Positions 21,765-30,428 of a stretch of DNA of 32,000 nucleotides are shown here, piece after piece. A program made the position numbers and the translations under genes. The stretch is from Escherichia coli O78:H51 (GTDB lineage: Bacteria; Pseudomonadota; Gammaproteobacteria; Enterobacterales; Enterobacteriaceae). The stretch lies in assembly GCF_030347055.1 (NCBI RefSeq), contig NZ_CP126946.1, one strand, 5' to 3'. How positions within the stretch are numbered: the first letter of the stretch is position 1; every line of letters begins with the position of its first letter. Under the pieces are notes generated by a model. That model was given only the letters and a program-made list of their open reading frames with translations. It searched no databases and was not told the origin of the DNA.

Positions 21765-22226
21765 ATGGAACTAAAATTTATTGATAACCCTGTGCGATTA
21801 CAGGCCTTTCTTAACGAGCCAGGCAATACCGAAAATATTGTTGAGCCGGGGCACACGTACTACATCAAGCCTGATGCGGTATATCCCGGCATCTACGAAG
21901 GATTAGTGCTGGCTGGCGTTCATGAAGTGCGTAACTTCTGGCATAGCGTTGTTGAATGCCATGCGGTGTACGACCCCGGATTCCGTGGTGAATATGCACT
22001 GCAAGGGCATCGATTATTCTGCAAATGGCTTCTCGAAAACTCACCATTCCTTAACAGCATTACCATGGTTCCTGACACCACCAAATACGGACGGGCAATT
22101 ATCCGTTTGCTTGGCGCTACCCGTGTTGGTCACCTTGATGATGCTTATATCAGATGTGGTAAACCCGTCGGCGTAACGCTTTATCAGTTAACTCGGCAAC
22201 AATATAAGGAATTCAGCGAATGTTAA
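21765..22226 (+). CDS. P22 gp14-like / DUF2824 protein
   Basis: 153 aa; MELKFIDNPVRLQAFLNEPGN... with acetyltransferase-like RAIIRLLGATRVGHLDDAY; immediately 5' of the gp7-like gene. Confidence 0.75.
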   Translation: MELKFIDNPVRLQAFLNEPGNTENIVEPGHTYYIKPDAVYPGIYEGLVLAGVHEVRNFWHSVVECHAVYDPGFRGEYALQGHRLFCKWLLENSPFLNSITMVPDTTKYGRAIIRLLGATRVGHLDDAYIRCGKPVGVTLYQLTRQQYKEFSEC

Positions 22227-22897
22227 TTACCCACATAGCTCATAAACATCTCAATCGTGCCGTATACGAAAAAGGCGGTGATGGTGGTGCCTCTAAAGCT
22301 CAGGCGAAGGCCCAGCAGCAGGCAATTGATTTGCAGCGCGAGCAGTGGAATACGGTGATGAATAATCTCAAGCCGTATGCAGAAGTCGGATTGCCTGCTT
22401 TACAACAACTACAAGGACTGATGACTCTGGAAGGGCAGAATAAAGCCGCGAATGATTTCTTTGGTTCTGGTTTATATAAAACACAGGCAGATCAGGCCCG
22501 TTATCAGAACCTTGTCTCAGCAGAAGCTACCGGGGGGCTTGGCTCAACAGCTACCAGTAACCAGTTATCTTCCATTGCGCCCATGCTTTATAACAATTGG
22601 CTCAGTGGGCAAATGCAAAATTATGGAAACCTGCTAAATGTCGGGATGAATGCGGCATCAGGGCAGGCAACGGCAGGGCAAAACTACGCCAATAATACCG
22701 GACAACTCTTGCAGGGGCTTGGCGCTATTCGTGCAGGTCAGGCGCAGCAGCCATCCAGTCTTGCGCGTGGTATTGGTGGGGCAGCATCAGGCGCTTTAGC
22801 GGGTGCGCAACTTGGTTCCGTTGTTCCTGGAATAGGAACTGCGGCCGGCGCTATTGGTGGTGGGCTTATTGGTCTTGTTGGGGGGCTTGGATTCTAA
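22220..22897 (+). CDS. P22 gp7-like DNA ejection protein
   Basis: 225 aa; EGQNKAANDFF...QARYQNLVSAEATGGLGSTATSNQLSSIAPMLYNNWLSGQMQNYGNLLNVG closely matches the gp7 family. Confidence 0.9.
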   Translation: MLITHIAHKHLNRAVYEKGGDGGASKAQAKAQQQAIDLQREQWNTVMNNLKPYAEVGLPALQQLQGLMTLEGQNKAANDFFGSGLYKTQADQARYQNLVSAEATGGLGSTATSNQLSSIAPMLYNNWLSGQMQNYGNLLNVGMNAASGQATAGQNYANNTGQLLQGLGAIRAGQAQQPSSLARGIGGAASGALAGAQLGSVVPGIGTAAGAIGGGLIGLVGGLGF

Positions 22898-24216
22898 TGG
22901 CGACATGGCAACTTGGCGGGCTGCCTAGCATGGCACCGCAAAATGATAATGCTCCTCGTTCTTCCGTTCCTCAGCCTGTGCAGTATCAGCAGCAGCCAAA
23001 CGTAGGTTTAATGGCGCTACAGGGGCTAAGAGGCGTTGCTGAGATTAATCAGCAGGCGCAAATTTCCCAGCAGTTAAAAGAATATCAGGCACGGTTGGGT
23101 AGTGCGGTAGCTAATAATGATCGTGTTGGCGTGCAGAAGTTAATGGCCCAGTATCCCCAGTTTATGGCTGATTCTCAAAAACAGATGGGATTCATTGATG
23201 CTGAGCAAAATCGACAGACCGCTGACGCTGCCATGAATCTGCGTCTTGCGTCACAAACTGGAGATCCACTGACCATGCAGAAGGCCATTCAGCAGGCAAA
23301 TCCAGTATTACAGCGATTTGGTCTTCCTGCTGAAGAGGTTTATCAGTCTTGGCAGAATGACCCACAGGAATTCAACAGAATCACTGACCTCATCCACCTC
23401 CATGCTGATCCAAATAGTTACTTTAGTGTTCAAGAGAAGCAGCAAGGGCAGAGCATTGCACAGCAGAACGCAGATACATCCGCATATAATGCTCAGGTTA
23501 ATGCGGAACAGGGTAATCGACGTCTCGATATGGAGCAGTTCAAAGTCCTATCCGATAACCAACTACGCACGAGAGAAATGGTTCTGAAAGCACGACTTGG
23601 ACGTGCTCAAAATGACATCGAGAGAGACAAGCTCAATGCTGAACTGAGCAAGATACAGCAGGCGAAAGTGGAGAAGATGAACGATAAAATTAATACTGTT
23701 GCAGGTAACATCGACTCCTTGAACTCTGCGCTTGAAGTGGGTCATGAACTGGCGGGAATTGTAGGGAAACATCCTTCGGCCGTTACCCGCTCGCAGAACT
23801 ATAACCCCCTGACGCTGGGGTTTGGATTCCTTCCTGATGTAGCAGAAGACACACGAAGCCTACGCGCCAAAGCTGATGAATACAACCTAAAGGTTATTCT
23901 GCCTAGCCTCAAAGGGACTTTTGGCTCTAACCCAACCGAAGGGGAAAGGGCTGCCCTTATGCAATCTCAAAATGGCATTAAGTCAGCAACCAGCAATGAG
24001 GCATTTTTGCGAGAGTTGAATAAAGCGCAGGACGTAATTATTCGAATGCAGAAACGACAGATTGCCGGGCTCGGTATTCCTGTAACCAAATCTAAGGACG
24101 AAGAAACTGATACCAAAATGCTGTTGCAGGATCCTTCACTGGTTAAGGATTATGTGACCGCACATGGCTATCTGCCGGAAAGTTACTATCAGGCAAAACT
24201 TAAGGGATGGCAATGA
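22897..24216 (+). CDS. P22 gp20-like DNA ejection protein
   Basis: 439 aa; position between gp7-like and gp16-like genes and Q-rich N terminus typical of the family. Confidence 0.85.
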   Translation: MATWQLGGLPSMAPQNDNAPRSSVPQPVQYQQQPNVGLMALQGLRGVAEINQQAQISQQLKEYQARLGSAVANNDRVGVQKLMAQYPQFMADSQKQMGFIDAEQNRQTADAAMNLRLASQTGDPLTMQKAIQQANPVLQRFGLPAEEVYQSWQNDPQEFNRITDLIHLHADPNSYFSVQEKQQGQSIAQQNADTSAYNAQVNAEQGNRRLDMEQFKVLSDNQLRTREMVLKARLGRAQNDIERDKLNAELSKIQQAKVEKMNDKINTVAGNIDSLNSALEVGHELAGIVGKHPSAVTRSQNYNPLTLGFGFLPDVAEDTRSLRAKADEYNLKVILPSLKGTFGSNPTEGERAALMQSQNGIKSATSNEAFLRELNKAQDVIIRMQKRQIAGLGIPVTKSKDEETDTKMLLQDPSLVKDYVTAHGYLPESYYQAKLKGWQ

Positions 24217-26933
24217 TGGCACAACTGACAGAAAAACAGAAAGCCTATTCCCGTCATCTCGATGAAAAATATGGTTTCCCATCAGGGACGATGGAAACAT
24301 TAGTTGGCAATGAATCTAGTGGTAACGGAAGTGCCGAGTCACCGAAAGGAGCTAGAGGATTTGCTCAACTGATGCCCTCAGTAATGAGTGATGCTGGTTA
24401 TCGTGGAACAGATCCGCGCTCACTGCCATTTGAAAAGCAAATGGATATCGCAGCAAACCATCTCAATAAAGGAATGAAGCGATTTGGTGATATAGGTATG
24501 GCATTGGCTGGGTATAATTCTGGCTATGCTCGTATTAATGCCGTCAGAAACGGTAAATCTACACTGCCAGATGAAACGGCTAATTACGTAAGTAAATTTG
24601 CAGATGCCGGAATAATCCCTGATGACAGTGAAATCTTGCAGTTTGCACAAACCAGTCAACATCGCAATCTTCAGCAGCCTGACTACTCAGAGCTTGATAA
24701 AGAAATCTCTCAGGTGGGAGATATTTCTGCATGGGAAGCAAAACGTCAGCAATTTAAGAACATAGAAGCAGGACTACCAACAGCCAGTTCATGGGAGCAG
24801 AAAAGAGCTCAGTTTCTCGCCGATGAAAATGCCGGGGAACCGCAGCAGCAAGTAGCCAAGTCTAACCTTAATCCTGAGATGGAATATCTTTCGCCAGGAC
24901 TGAAAGCTGCGCCAGAGCAGATGGCCAGAGGGATTGCTAATATACCGTTTGATGTAATGGACGCAGGCGTGGGGGTAGTCAATGCGGCGCAATCAGCCGG
25001 AGCATGGGCAGCTCAGAAGCTTGGTGTGGGTGATGGCACATACACGCCCATATCACCTGTCTTTCGCCCAGTAGACCAACCTACAGATCCATACGCGCAG
25101 GCTGGTGAGCAGCTAGCACCTTACCTTATTACAGGATTAGGTGTAGGAAAGGCAGCTACCGCAGCTTCTTCAGTTGCCAACGCTCCACGTGCTGAACGTG
25201 CGGCCACAAAGGTGGCTAGTATGTTGGCAGAAAACCTGCCAGGTACATTGGTGAACGCCCAAAAGAACGGGCAGATCAGCCCAGAAGACCTAGCAAAAGA
25301 GACAGGTATTGGCCTAGCAGGATCGCTAGGAGCACGCGCTTTAATAAAGAGCGGACAGACAGCCAGTGACGTAATGCGAGATGTATTGCGGAGTAATACA
25401 AATCAATCAGGCCATGTGTTAGGGGCAGCAAATACTCTGGAAACCGCCAATGATGTATCGAAAGCAGCGCGTTCTGCCGTAGGCCGAGAGCATATCGCAT
25501 CGCAGGCATCAAACGTCAGAGATGATGTCGCTAAGGCGGCGAAAATCACTGGTATTAATATCAACACCCTGACGCCTGGAATGCGCTCAGGTAGTCGTGG
25601 AATTGCCCAAGCAGAAGGTGTTCTGGCATCAACTCCTGGGAATGTTCAGGATGCTCACCTTACGGCCTTCAATGAAATATCCTCAAAGTTGAATAAGCAG
25701 TTGTCTGATTTCGGTGCTGAGTCTGGAAGCGCATCAGAAAAAAGCGCAGCAATTAAAGAGCGCATCATCGCGAGCCTCAGTGATATGAAAACAGCAGAGA
25801 ATATGGCATGGGCAGAACTGCGAAGCACGATGCCACGCGAAAGGATGAAAATGAGTAATGGGATGGCTGTCGTCCAAGCAGAAAAAGCAGCCAATGTTCC
25901 ACTCAGCCCGGAGATGAAACAGTTTCAGGCTGCCAACAACCAAGGTGGCGGCATAACCTTCGACGGGATGAAGGCATGGCGTGCTAAGTTTGCTGATGCT
26001 GAACAAGCAAACACCCGGGCAGGTAAGGCCAATGCCGCCCGGATTGCCGGAGAAATGCGCAGAGCTATCACTGATGACATGCGCATCATGGCTGAAAAAG
26101 GAAACTTCCTCACAGAATGGCAGAAAGCTAACGATCTCTCTAAAAGTTACATTATCGCCAAACAAAATGCCGAATCTGTTTTTGGTCGAGATCTCGCATC
26201 AGACGCTATGGTAAGAAAAGGTGCCGATACGCTTAAGGCATCCGCAAACACTGGAACGGGAGCTTTTCACCGTCTTATCTCCGCGCTGCCGGAAGCAGAA
26301 CGCCAACCTGCAATAGCATCTATTCTTCAGCATGCTGTGGCGCAGGGAGAGAAGGGAGGAATCGGTGAAGAGTCAGGTATCCAGTATTTTGCCAAGCTCA
26401 TGACCCAGCAGAATGTAAACGCCATCAGTCGTCATGCGCCAGATCTCGGTAGAATGATGAAAGAGTTCGGTGTACTCGCTAAAGCCAGTACCAGACCGCA
26501 GCGATACGTAGAGCGCACGGGAAGAACAACTGAGGCTCTCAAAACGCTCGATTCAGGCCTTCCAAAGATCGTCGGCGTGATTATGAACGGTGTTCAACAG
26601 TCAGGTGCGATCGCTGGAGGCTTTGGCGGTGGTGTAATTGGTTCGATTAGTGGTTTGGTTGCTGGTGGCGCGCTAAGAAATGCTGTGGCTAAGATTGGGG
26701 CGACAAGAAGTGGTCGATATGCGATAGAGAAAGCCGTTCAGGAAGCTACAAAAGCAGTGCGCGCAGGGGCATCACCAGCAGCGATCGCCGCAGCAGAGAA
26801 ACGATTTTCGGCCAATAAAATTGCCATGAAAGCAATTCGTGATGCCGTTGGGGCTGAAGAATTCGTGAAACTGACAAGGGCCGGGATTGTAGCTACCCTC
26901 AGTGGCATGAAAGATGTTAGCGAATGGGAATAG
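24207..26933 (+). CDS. P22 gp16-like DNA ejection protein with N-terminal lytic transglycosylase domain
   Basis: 908 aa; SLT-like GNESSGNGSAESPKGARGFAQLMPSVMSDAG...IGMALAGYNSGYARI; Gly/Ala-rich hydrophobic C terminus. Confidence 0.85.
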   Translation: MAMMAQLTEKQKAYSRHLDEKYGFPSGTMETLVGNESSGNGSAESPKGARGFAQLMPSVMSDAGYRGTDPRSLPFEKQMDIAANHLNKGMKRFGDIGMALAGYNSGYARINAVRNGKSTLPDETANYVSKFADAGIIPDDSEILQFAQTSQHRNLQQPDYSELDKEISQVGDISAWEAKRQQFKNIEAGLPTASSWEQKRAQFLADENAGEPQQQVAKSNLNPEMEYLSPGLKAAPEQMARGIANIPFDVMDAGVGVVNAAQSAGAWAAQKLGVGDGTYTPISPVFRPVDQPTDPYAQAGEQLAPYLITGLGVGKAATAASSVANAPRAERAATKVASMLAENLPGTLVNAQKNGQISPEDLAKETGIGLAGSLGARALIKSGQTASDVMRDVLRSNTNQSGHVLGAANTLETANDVSKAARSAVGREHIASQASNVRDDVAKAAKITGININTLTPGMRSGSRGIAQAEGVLASTPGNVQDAHLTAFNEISSKLNKQLSDFGAESGSASEKSAAIKERIIASLSDMKTAENMAWAELRSTMPRERMKMSNGMAVVQAEKAANVPLSPEMKQFQAANNQGGGITFDGMKAWRAKFADAEQANTRAGKANAARIAGEMRRAITDDMRIMAEKGNFLTEWQKANDLSKSYIIAKQNAESVFGRDLASDAMVRKGADTLKASANTGTGAFHRLISALPEAERQPAIASILQHAVAQGEKGGIGEESGIQYFAKLMTQQNVNAISRHAPDLGRMMKEFGVLAKASTRPQRYVERTGRTTEALKTLDSGLPKIVGVIMNGVQQSGAIAGGFGGGVIGSISGLVAGGALRNAVAKIGATRSGRYAIEKAVQEATKAVRAGASPAAIAAAEKRFSANKIAMKAIRDAVGAEEFVKLTRAGIVATLSGMKDVSEWE

Positions 26934-27083
26934 ACGCTCTAACTAACAAAACCATAATAGCCAAGGACGGCATACTGATATTGAGCCAACTATCAAAATT
27001 CCATATCACATTACGAGCCTGTGGCTTACATTCGCTTACAGTGATGATAATTTATAACCACGCAATTCTTAGGTGAGATTATC

Positions 27084-27782
27084 ATGATTAAAAATCTTCT
27101 TTTAATATTATCCCTGTCATTATTGGCTGGATGCGTACAAAAACCGTTAGTAACGGTCAATGCTTTATCTTCCGGGCAATCTGTCGGTAAGAAGTTCTTG
27201 ATCATCCCCGCAAGCCAAGAACTTTGGAACACCAAACAGATTGAATACACTCAAATAGCTACGGTAGTAGCCGCCAGTTTATCAAGCCAAGGATATACAC
27301 AAGTTAAAGATGAAAAATTGGCTGACCAGGTAATTCTCTTGAACTTTTTGAGAAGTGGGGCCATTTCAAATACTCGTAATGTAACCATCCCAATATACGG
27401 GCAAACTGGTGTGAGCTCAGCAACAACGTACGGAAACTCGAACACCACGTTCAATAGTTATGGTGGTGGCTACGGTACAGCTAATACCACTGGAACGGCA
27501 ACAACAGTTTATACGCCTACTTATGGAATTACTGGCGCGTATAACACAACTGTGACGGACACGTTCTACGGCGCAGGGGTGATACTCCAGTCGTTTGATG
27601 CCAAGGCTTATCTCAATAATCGGCAGATTAATATGTTATGGAAAGTTGGTAGCTCAGTCGTCTCGCAACAGTCTGATGGAATTGCTGATTACAAAGGGTT
27701 GGCGAGAATAGCCGCTAGCTATGCCGGGAAAAATACAGAAGGTGATATAACTTTTAATGTTGACCCTAAAGCACCAAATTAA
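27084..27782 (+). CDS. Putative lipoprotein (possible DUF4136-like)
   Basis: 232 aa; lipobox MIKNLLLILSLSLLAGC; Thr/Gly/Tyr-rich central region. Confidence 0.75.
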   Translation: MIKNLLLILSLSLLAGCVQKPLVTVNALSSGQSVGKKFLIIPASQELWNTKQIEYTQIATVVAASLSSQGYTQVKDEKLADQVILLNFLRSGAISNTRNVTIPIYGQTGVSSATTYGNSNTTFNSYGGGYGTANTTGTATTVYTPTYGITGAYNTTVTDTFYGAGVILQSFDAKAYLNNRQINMLWKVGSSVVSQQSDGIADYKGLARIAASYAGKNTEGDITFNVDPKAPN

Positions 27783-28020
27783 CTAATAAGCCCGGTACGC
27801 CGGGCATTCATGCCCCTATTATTCATGAATCGCTTTTTCTGGAAGGTATGCGACAAACGTTAAGTGACATTGCCTACACATTCGGGGCTCAAATCCGCTC
27901 CCAGTTGATGGGGCCGTTACAGTACGCGCATATCCGCTTTATGTGAAACAGGAAGATTTTTCTGATATCACTGCCACAGCAAAACACCAATTTCGAGACA
28001 AGTACGCGCGCGAGGGGTAT

Positions 28021-28044
28021 CAGTTGCAAAATTTTTTGCAACTG
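28021..28044. repeat. 24-bp perfect inverted repeat
   Basis: cagttgcaaaa-tt-ttttgcaactg. Confidence 0.6.
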
Positions 28045-28326
28045 CGTCCGACCAGTACGCACACGATGGCGGGGGATACCATAAAAGTGTTCTCTACATG
28101 AGACAGAGTGGTGGTGATGTGTTGATTATCGGCGTATATGCGCACAGGACGCGCTATGACAATGTTTTATGCGGGTACACCAATCACATGTATCTGACGT
28201 GATAAATCGCGTTACATGACATCTCATGTTGTGCTGGTGGTTATCACGACGTTCTGAATCTGGCCTTTGCCTGATATTTTGCGACAAGTACGCGCGCGTA
28301 GCATCGACAGCATACACATTGGATAT

Positions 28327-28548
28327 TCATTTTGTGACCAATGCGATAAGTAGCGGGATAAGAATTGATAAAATCAACAGGCCGATGATCCACTTTTGAT
28401 TTTCACTGGCCTTATCTCTATTTTCATCAATCTTATCAATAATTCGACGCTCCAGGCCGTGCATATCACCGCGAATGGCAATCATCTCATTGCGAACATC
28501 CGAGAAGTGGTTGGCTTGATGTTCAATGTGTGGCGTTCTGCCTTTCAT
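28327..28548 (-). CDS. Small protein with C-terminal transmembrane helix
   Basis: 73 aa; ...ENQKWIIGLLILSILIPLLIALVTK. Confidence 0.65.
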   Translation of the reverse strand: MKGRTPHIEHQANHFSDVRNEMIAIRGDMHGLERRIIDKIDENRDKASENQKWIIGLLILSILIPLLIALVTK

Positions 28549-28627
28549 TCCTGATCCTCACCTATCGTCACCACCTGCTGGTGTATAAAGGTATTGGCCC
28601 AAGCAGCTTTCCAATGGGCACTCATGT

Positions 28628-29071
28628 TTATACGCTGACCTTACAATCAATCACCGCTTTTAACTTTTCAGCATTGCTTCCCTGACGCTTCCACGCGCTG
28701 TAAATATCTTTATCCCACGCTTTACCAGCTTTTGTTTGATAGCCTGCTTCATTGATCCGTTCAGCTATCACACGCCCATTATCAAATCCCTGTCGGATGG
28801 TATCGGCAATGATCTTTATAACTGCCGTTTCGTTATATGGCTTTGGTGGGATGTTCGGCTTTCCGGCAATAAGCGACGCAGCAGCTTTTTCCATGCGCTC
28901 CACCAGCCCAAGCATTCGTGAATCAATAGACTTTTCCGGCTGTCCCAGCTTCATGCGAATCGCATCAACAAGCCAGGAGGTTTTATCCCCTCCAGAAGCG
29001 AGAACAGACCGATTAAACTCATCCTGCAATTCAGATGGGATGCGGAACGCGACCAGATTAGATTTGCTCAT
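28628..29071 (-). CDS. Putative DNA-binding protein: RHH-like N terminus and recombinase-like C terminus
   Basis: MSKSNLVAFRIPSELQDEFNRSVLASGGDKTSWLVDAIRMKLG, then IKIIADTIRQGFDNGRVIAERINEAGYQTKAGKAWDKDIYSAWKR. Confidence 0.65.
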   Translation of the reverse strand: MSKSNLVAFRIPSELQDEFNRSVLASGGDKTSWLVDAIRMKLGQPEKSIDSRMLGLVERMEKAAASLIAGKPNIPPKPYNETAVIKIIADTIRQGFDNGRVIAERINEAGYQTKAGKAWDKDIYSAWKRQGSNAEKLKAVIDCKVSV

Positions 29072-29100
29072 TGCAAAGACCATATCAGTGAGTAATATCC

Positions 29101-29132
29101 ATACAGTATATCACTGTATAACACTGTTATAC
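29101..29132. promoter_or_regulatory. Overlapping palindromes, candidate operator
   Basis: atacagt-atatc-actgtat (29101-29119) overlapping gtataac-act-gttatac (29116-29132), just upstream of the minus-strand RHH-like gene. Confidence 0.45.
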
Positions 29133-29186
29133 GCTCAAATATCAGCCAGAAAATAACGGGCCAATCACAAAGCTATCGCTGTGTTG

Positions 29187-29305
29187 TTGGTTCAGAGCTG
29201 GGCTGTGTTGGTTCAAAATGAGTTGATGTTGGTTCAATATTTTAGAAAAAACATAATAAAAACAACAATCTTTACAAATTGAACCAACTGAACCAACTGA
29301 ACCAA
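29187..29305. repeat. Iteron cluster B (candidate ori/crr-like site), inverted relative to cluster A
   Basis: TTGGTTCA at 29187, 29208, 29229; 43-bp AT-rich spacer; TGAACCAA at 29280, 29289, 29298. Confidence 0.75.
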
Positions 29306-29342
29306 CACCTTTTTGCTTATCTATATAATCTGAGAGGCAGAA

Positions 29343-29624
29343 ATGATAAGGGACAGGAAAGCTGAAGAGCTGGAGTCAAAAGGGCTATACCGGAGAGCTG
29401 CCGCACGATGGATGGAAGTCATGCTGTTATGCAGCGAGGACGATGATCGGGAATGGATAAAGCGCCGCCGTGAAACGTGTCTGGAGAACGTGAAGCGCCC
29501 GCCCGTGAAGGTTGAGGAATTTGGCGACCTGCATAAAGCTGTTACCGAAACGCAACACCGCATGGGGATAGCGCAACCGAACGGTAACGCCTTCCGGTTA
29601 AATGGCGGTAAGAGGCAAAGGTAG
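29343..29624 (+). CDS. PerC-family transcriptional regulator-like protein
   Basis: 93 aa; RKAEELESKGLYRRAAARWMEVMLLCSEDDDREWIKRRRETCL. Confidence 0.8.
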   Translation: MIRDRKAEELESKGLYRRAAARWMEVMLLCSEDDDREWIKRRRETCLENVKRPPVKVEEFGDLHKAVTETQHRMGIAQPNGNAFRLNGGKRQR

Positions 29625-29921
29625 ACCACCAGAGGGAAATCATCCTCTGGCTGGCGGTTTCTGGTATTTCGGGACAAGTACGCGCGCGCGTAGCACCCAA
29701 TCGGTGAGGAAATAGCGGCGACCTGAATGGTCAAAATCACAACGCAGCTATCCCCGTAAGCAGCGCTTAACGGAATAGCAGTAACCTGAATCCAGTGGGG
29801 AGGGGGTAGTCAAATCTCTACAGCCCTGACTATCCGGGACTGCCCGCCCCATCGTTTTTTTATACCCGCGAAAAATGAAATTTAATCCGGGCGTGTTTCA
29901 TCCTTCCAGAGGGTATGACGT

Positions 29922-30107
29922 ATGACACCACGCGAAATAGCTTTATTGACCACCGCCAAACTGGAGCACGAAGGCCACCAGCTAACCCCGGCAGATCAAC
30001 GGGAGATAGAACGCTCAGTTAATGCCAATATAGCCCGGCGTGACAAATTTCGCGAAATGATGCGATCACCCGCCTACCAGTGGAAGAAGCCTGCGCCGCG
30101 CAGGTAG
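29922..30107 (+). CDS. Small hypothetical protein
   Basis: 61 aa; MTPREIALLTTAKLEHEGHQLTPADQREIERSVNANIARRD; ggtatgacgt spacing upstream. Confidence 0.45.
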   Translation: MTPREIALLTTAKLEHEGHQLTPADQREIERSVNANIARRDKFREMMRSPAYQWKKPAPRR

Positions 30108-30428
30108 ATTACCTTTATTCACCTTTATATATTCGAACAACAAAACCTCTCGCAGGTCTCGCCAATAAAGGGATATAGCAGTAACTATGACCGCCGAATG
30201 GCAAAGCTACGATGCAAGTCGCTGGTTTCCAAACTTGAGGTTTCCAGGACGGTTTCAACCAAATTGCGGATTATCAGCCAAACGCACCGGGTATCTTGCG
30301 CGGTGGATGGTGAGCCATCACGCAGAATCTTTAAATGGCATTTTACGATGGGCAATACCCGTGGTTATATGCGATTATTAACGGTAGTGGACAGTTATAG
30401 ACGAAAACATACGGCAGGAGATTGGATA

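Noticed and set aside
25734-26165. 143-aa minus-strand ORF in the gp16-like gene
   Set aside because: Antisense, Cys/Phe-rich low-plausibility protein with no RBS support.
21029-29305. Inverted iteron clusters as boundaries of an invertible DNA segment
   Set aside because: There is no adjacent invertase gene, the ejection operon seems to have its own expression signals, and the repeated octamer array fits protein-binding iterons better than recombination sites.
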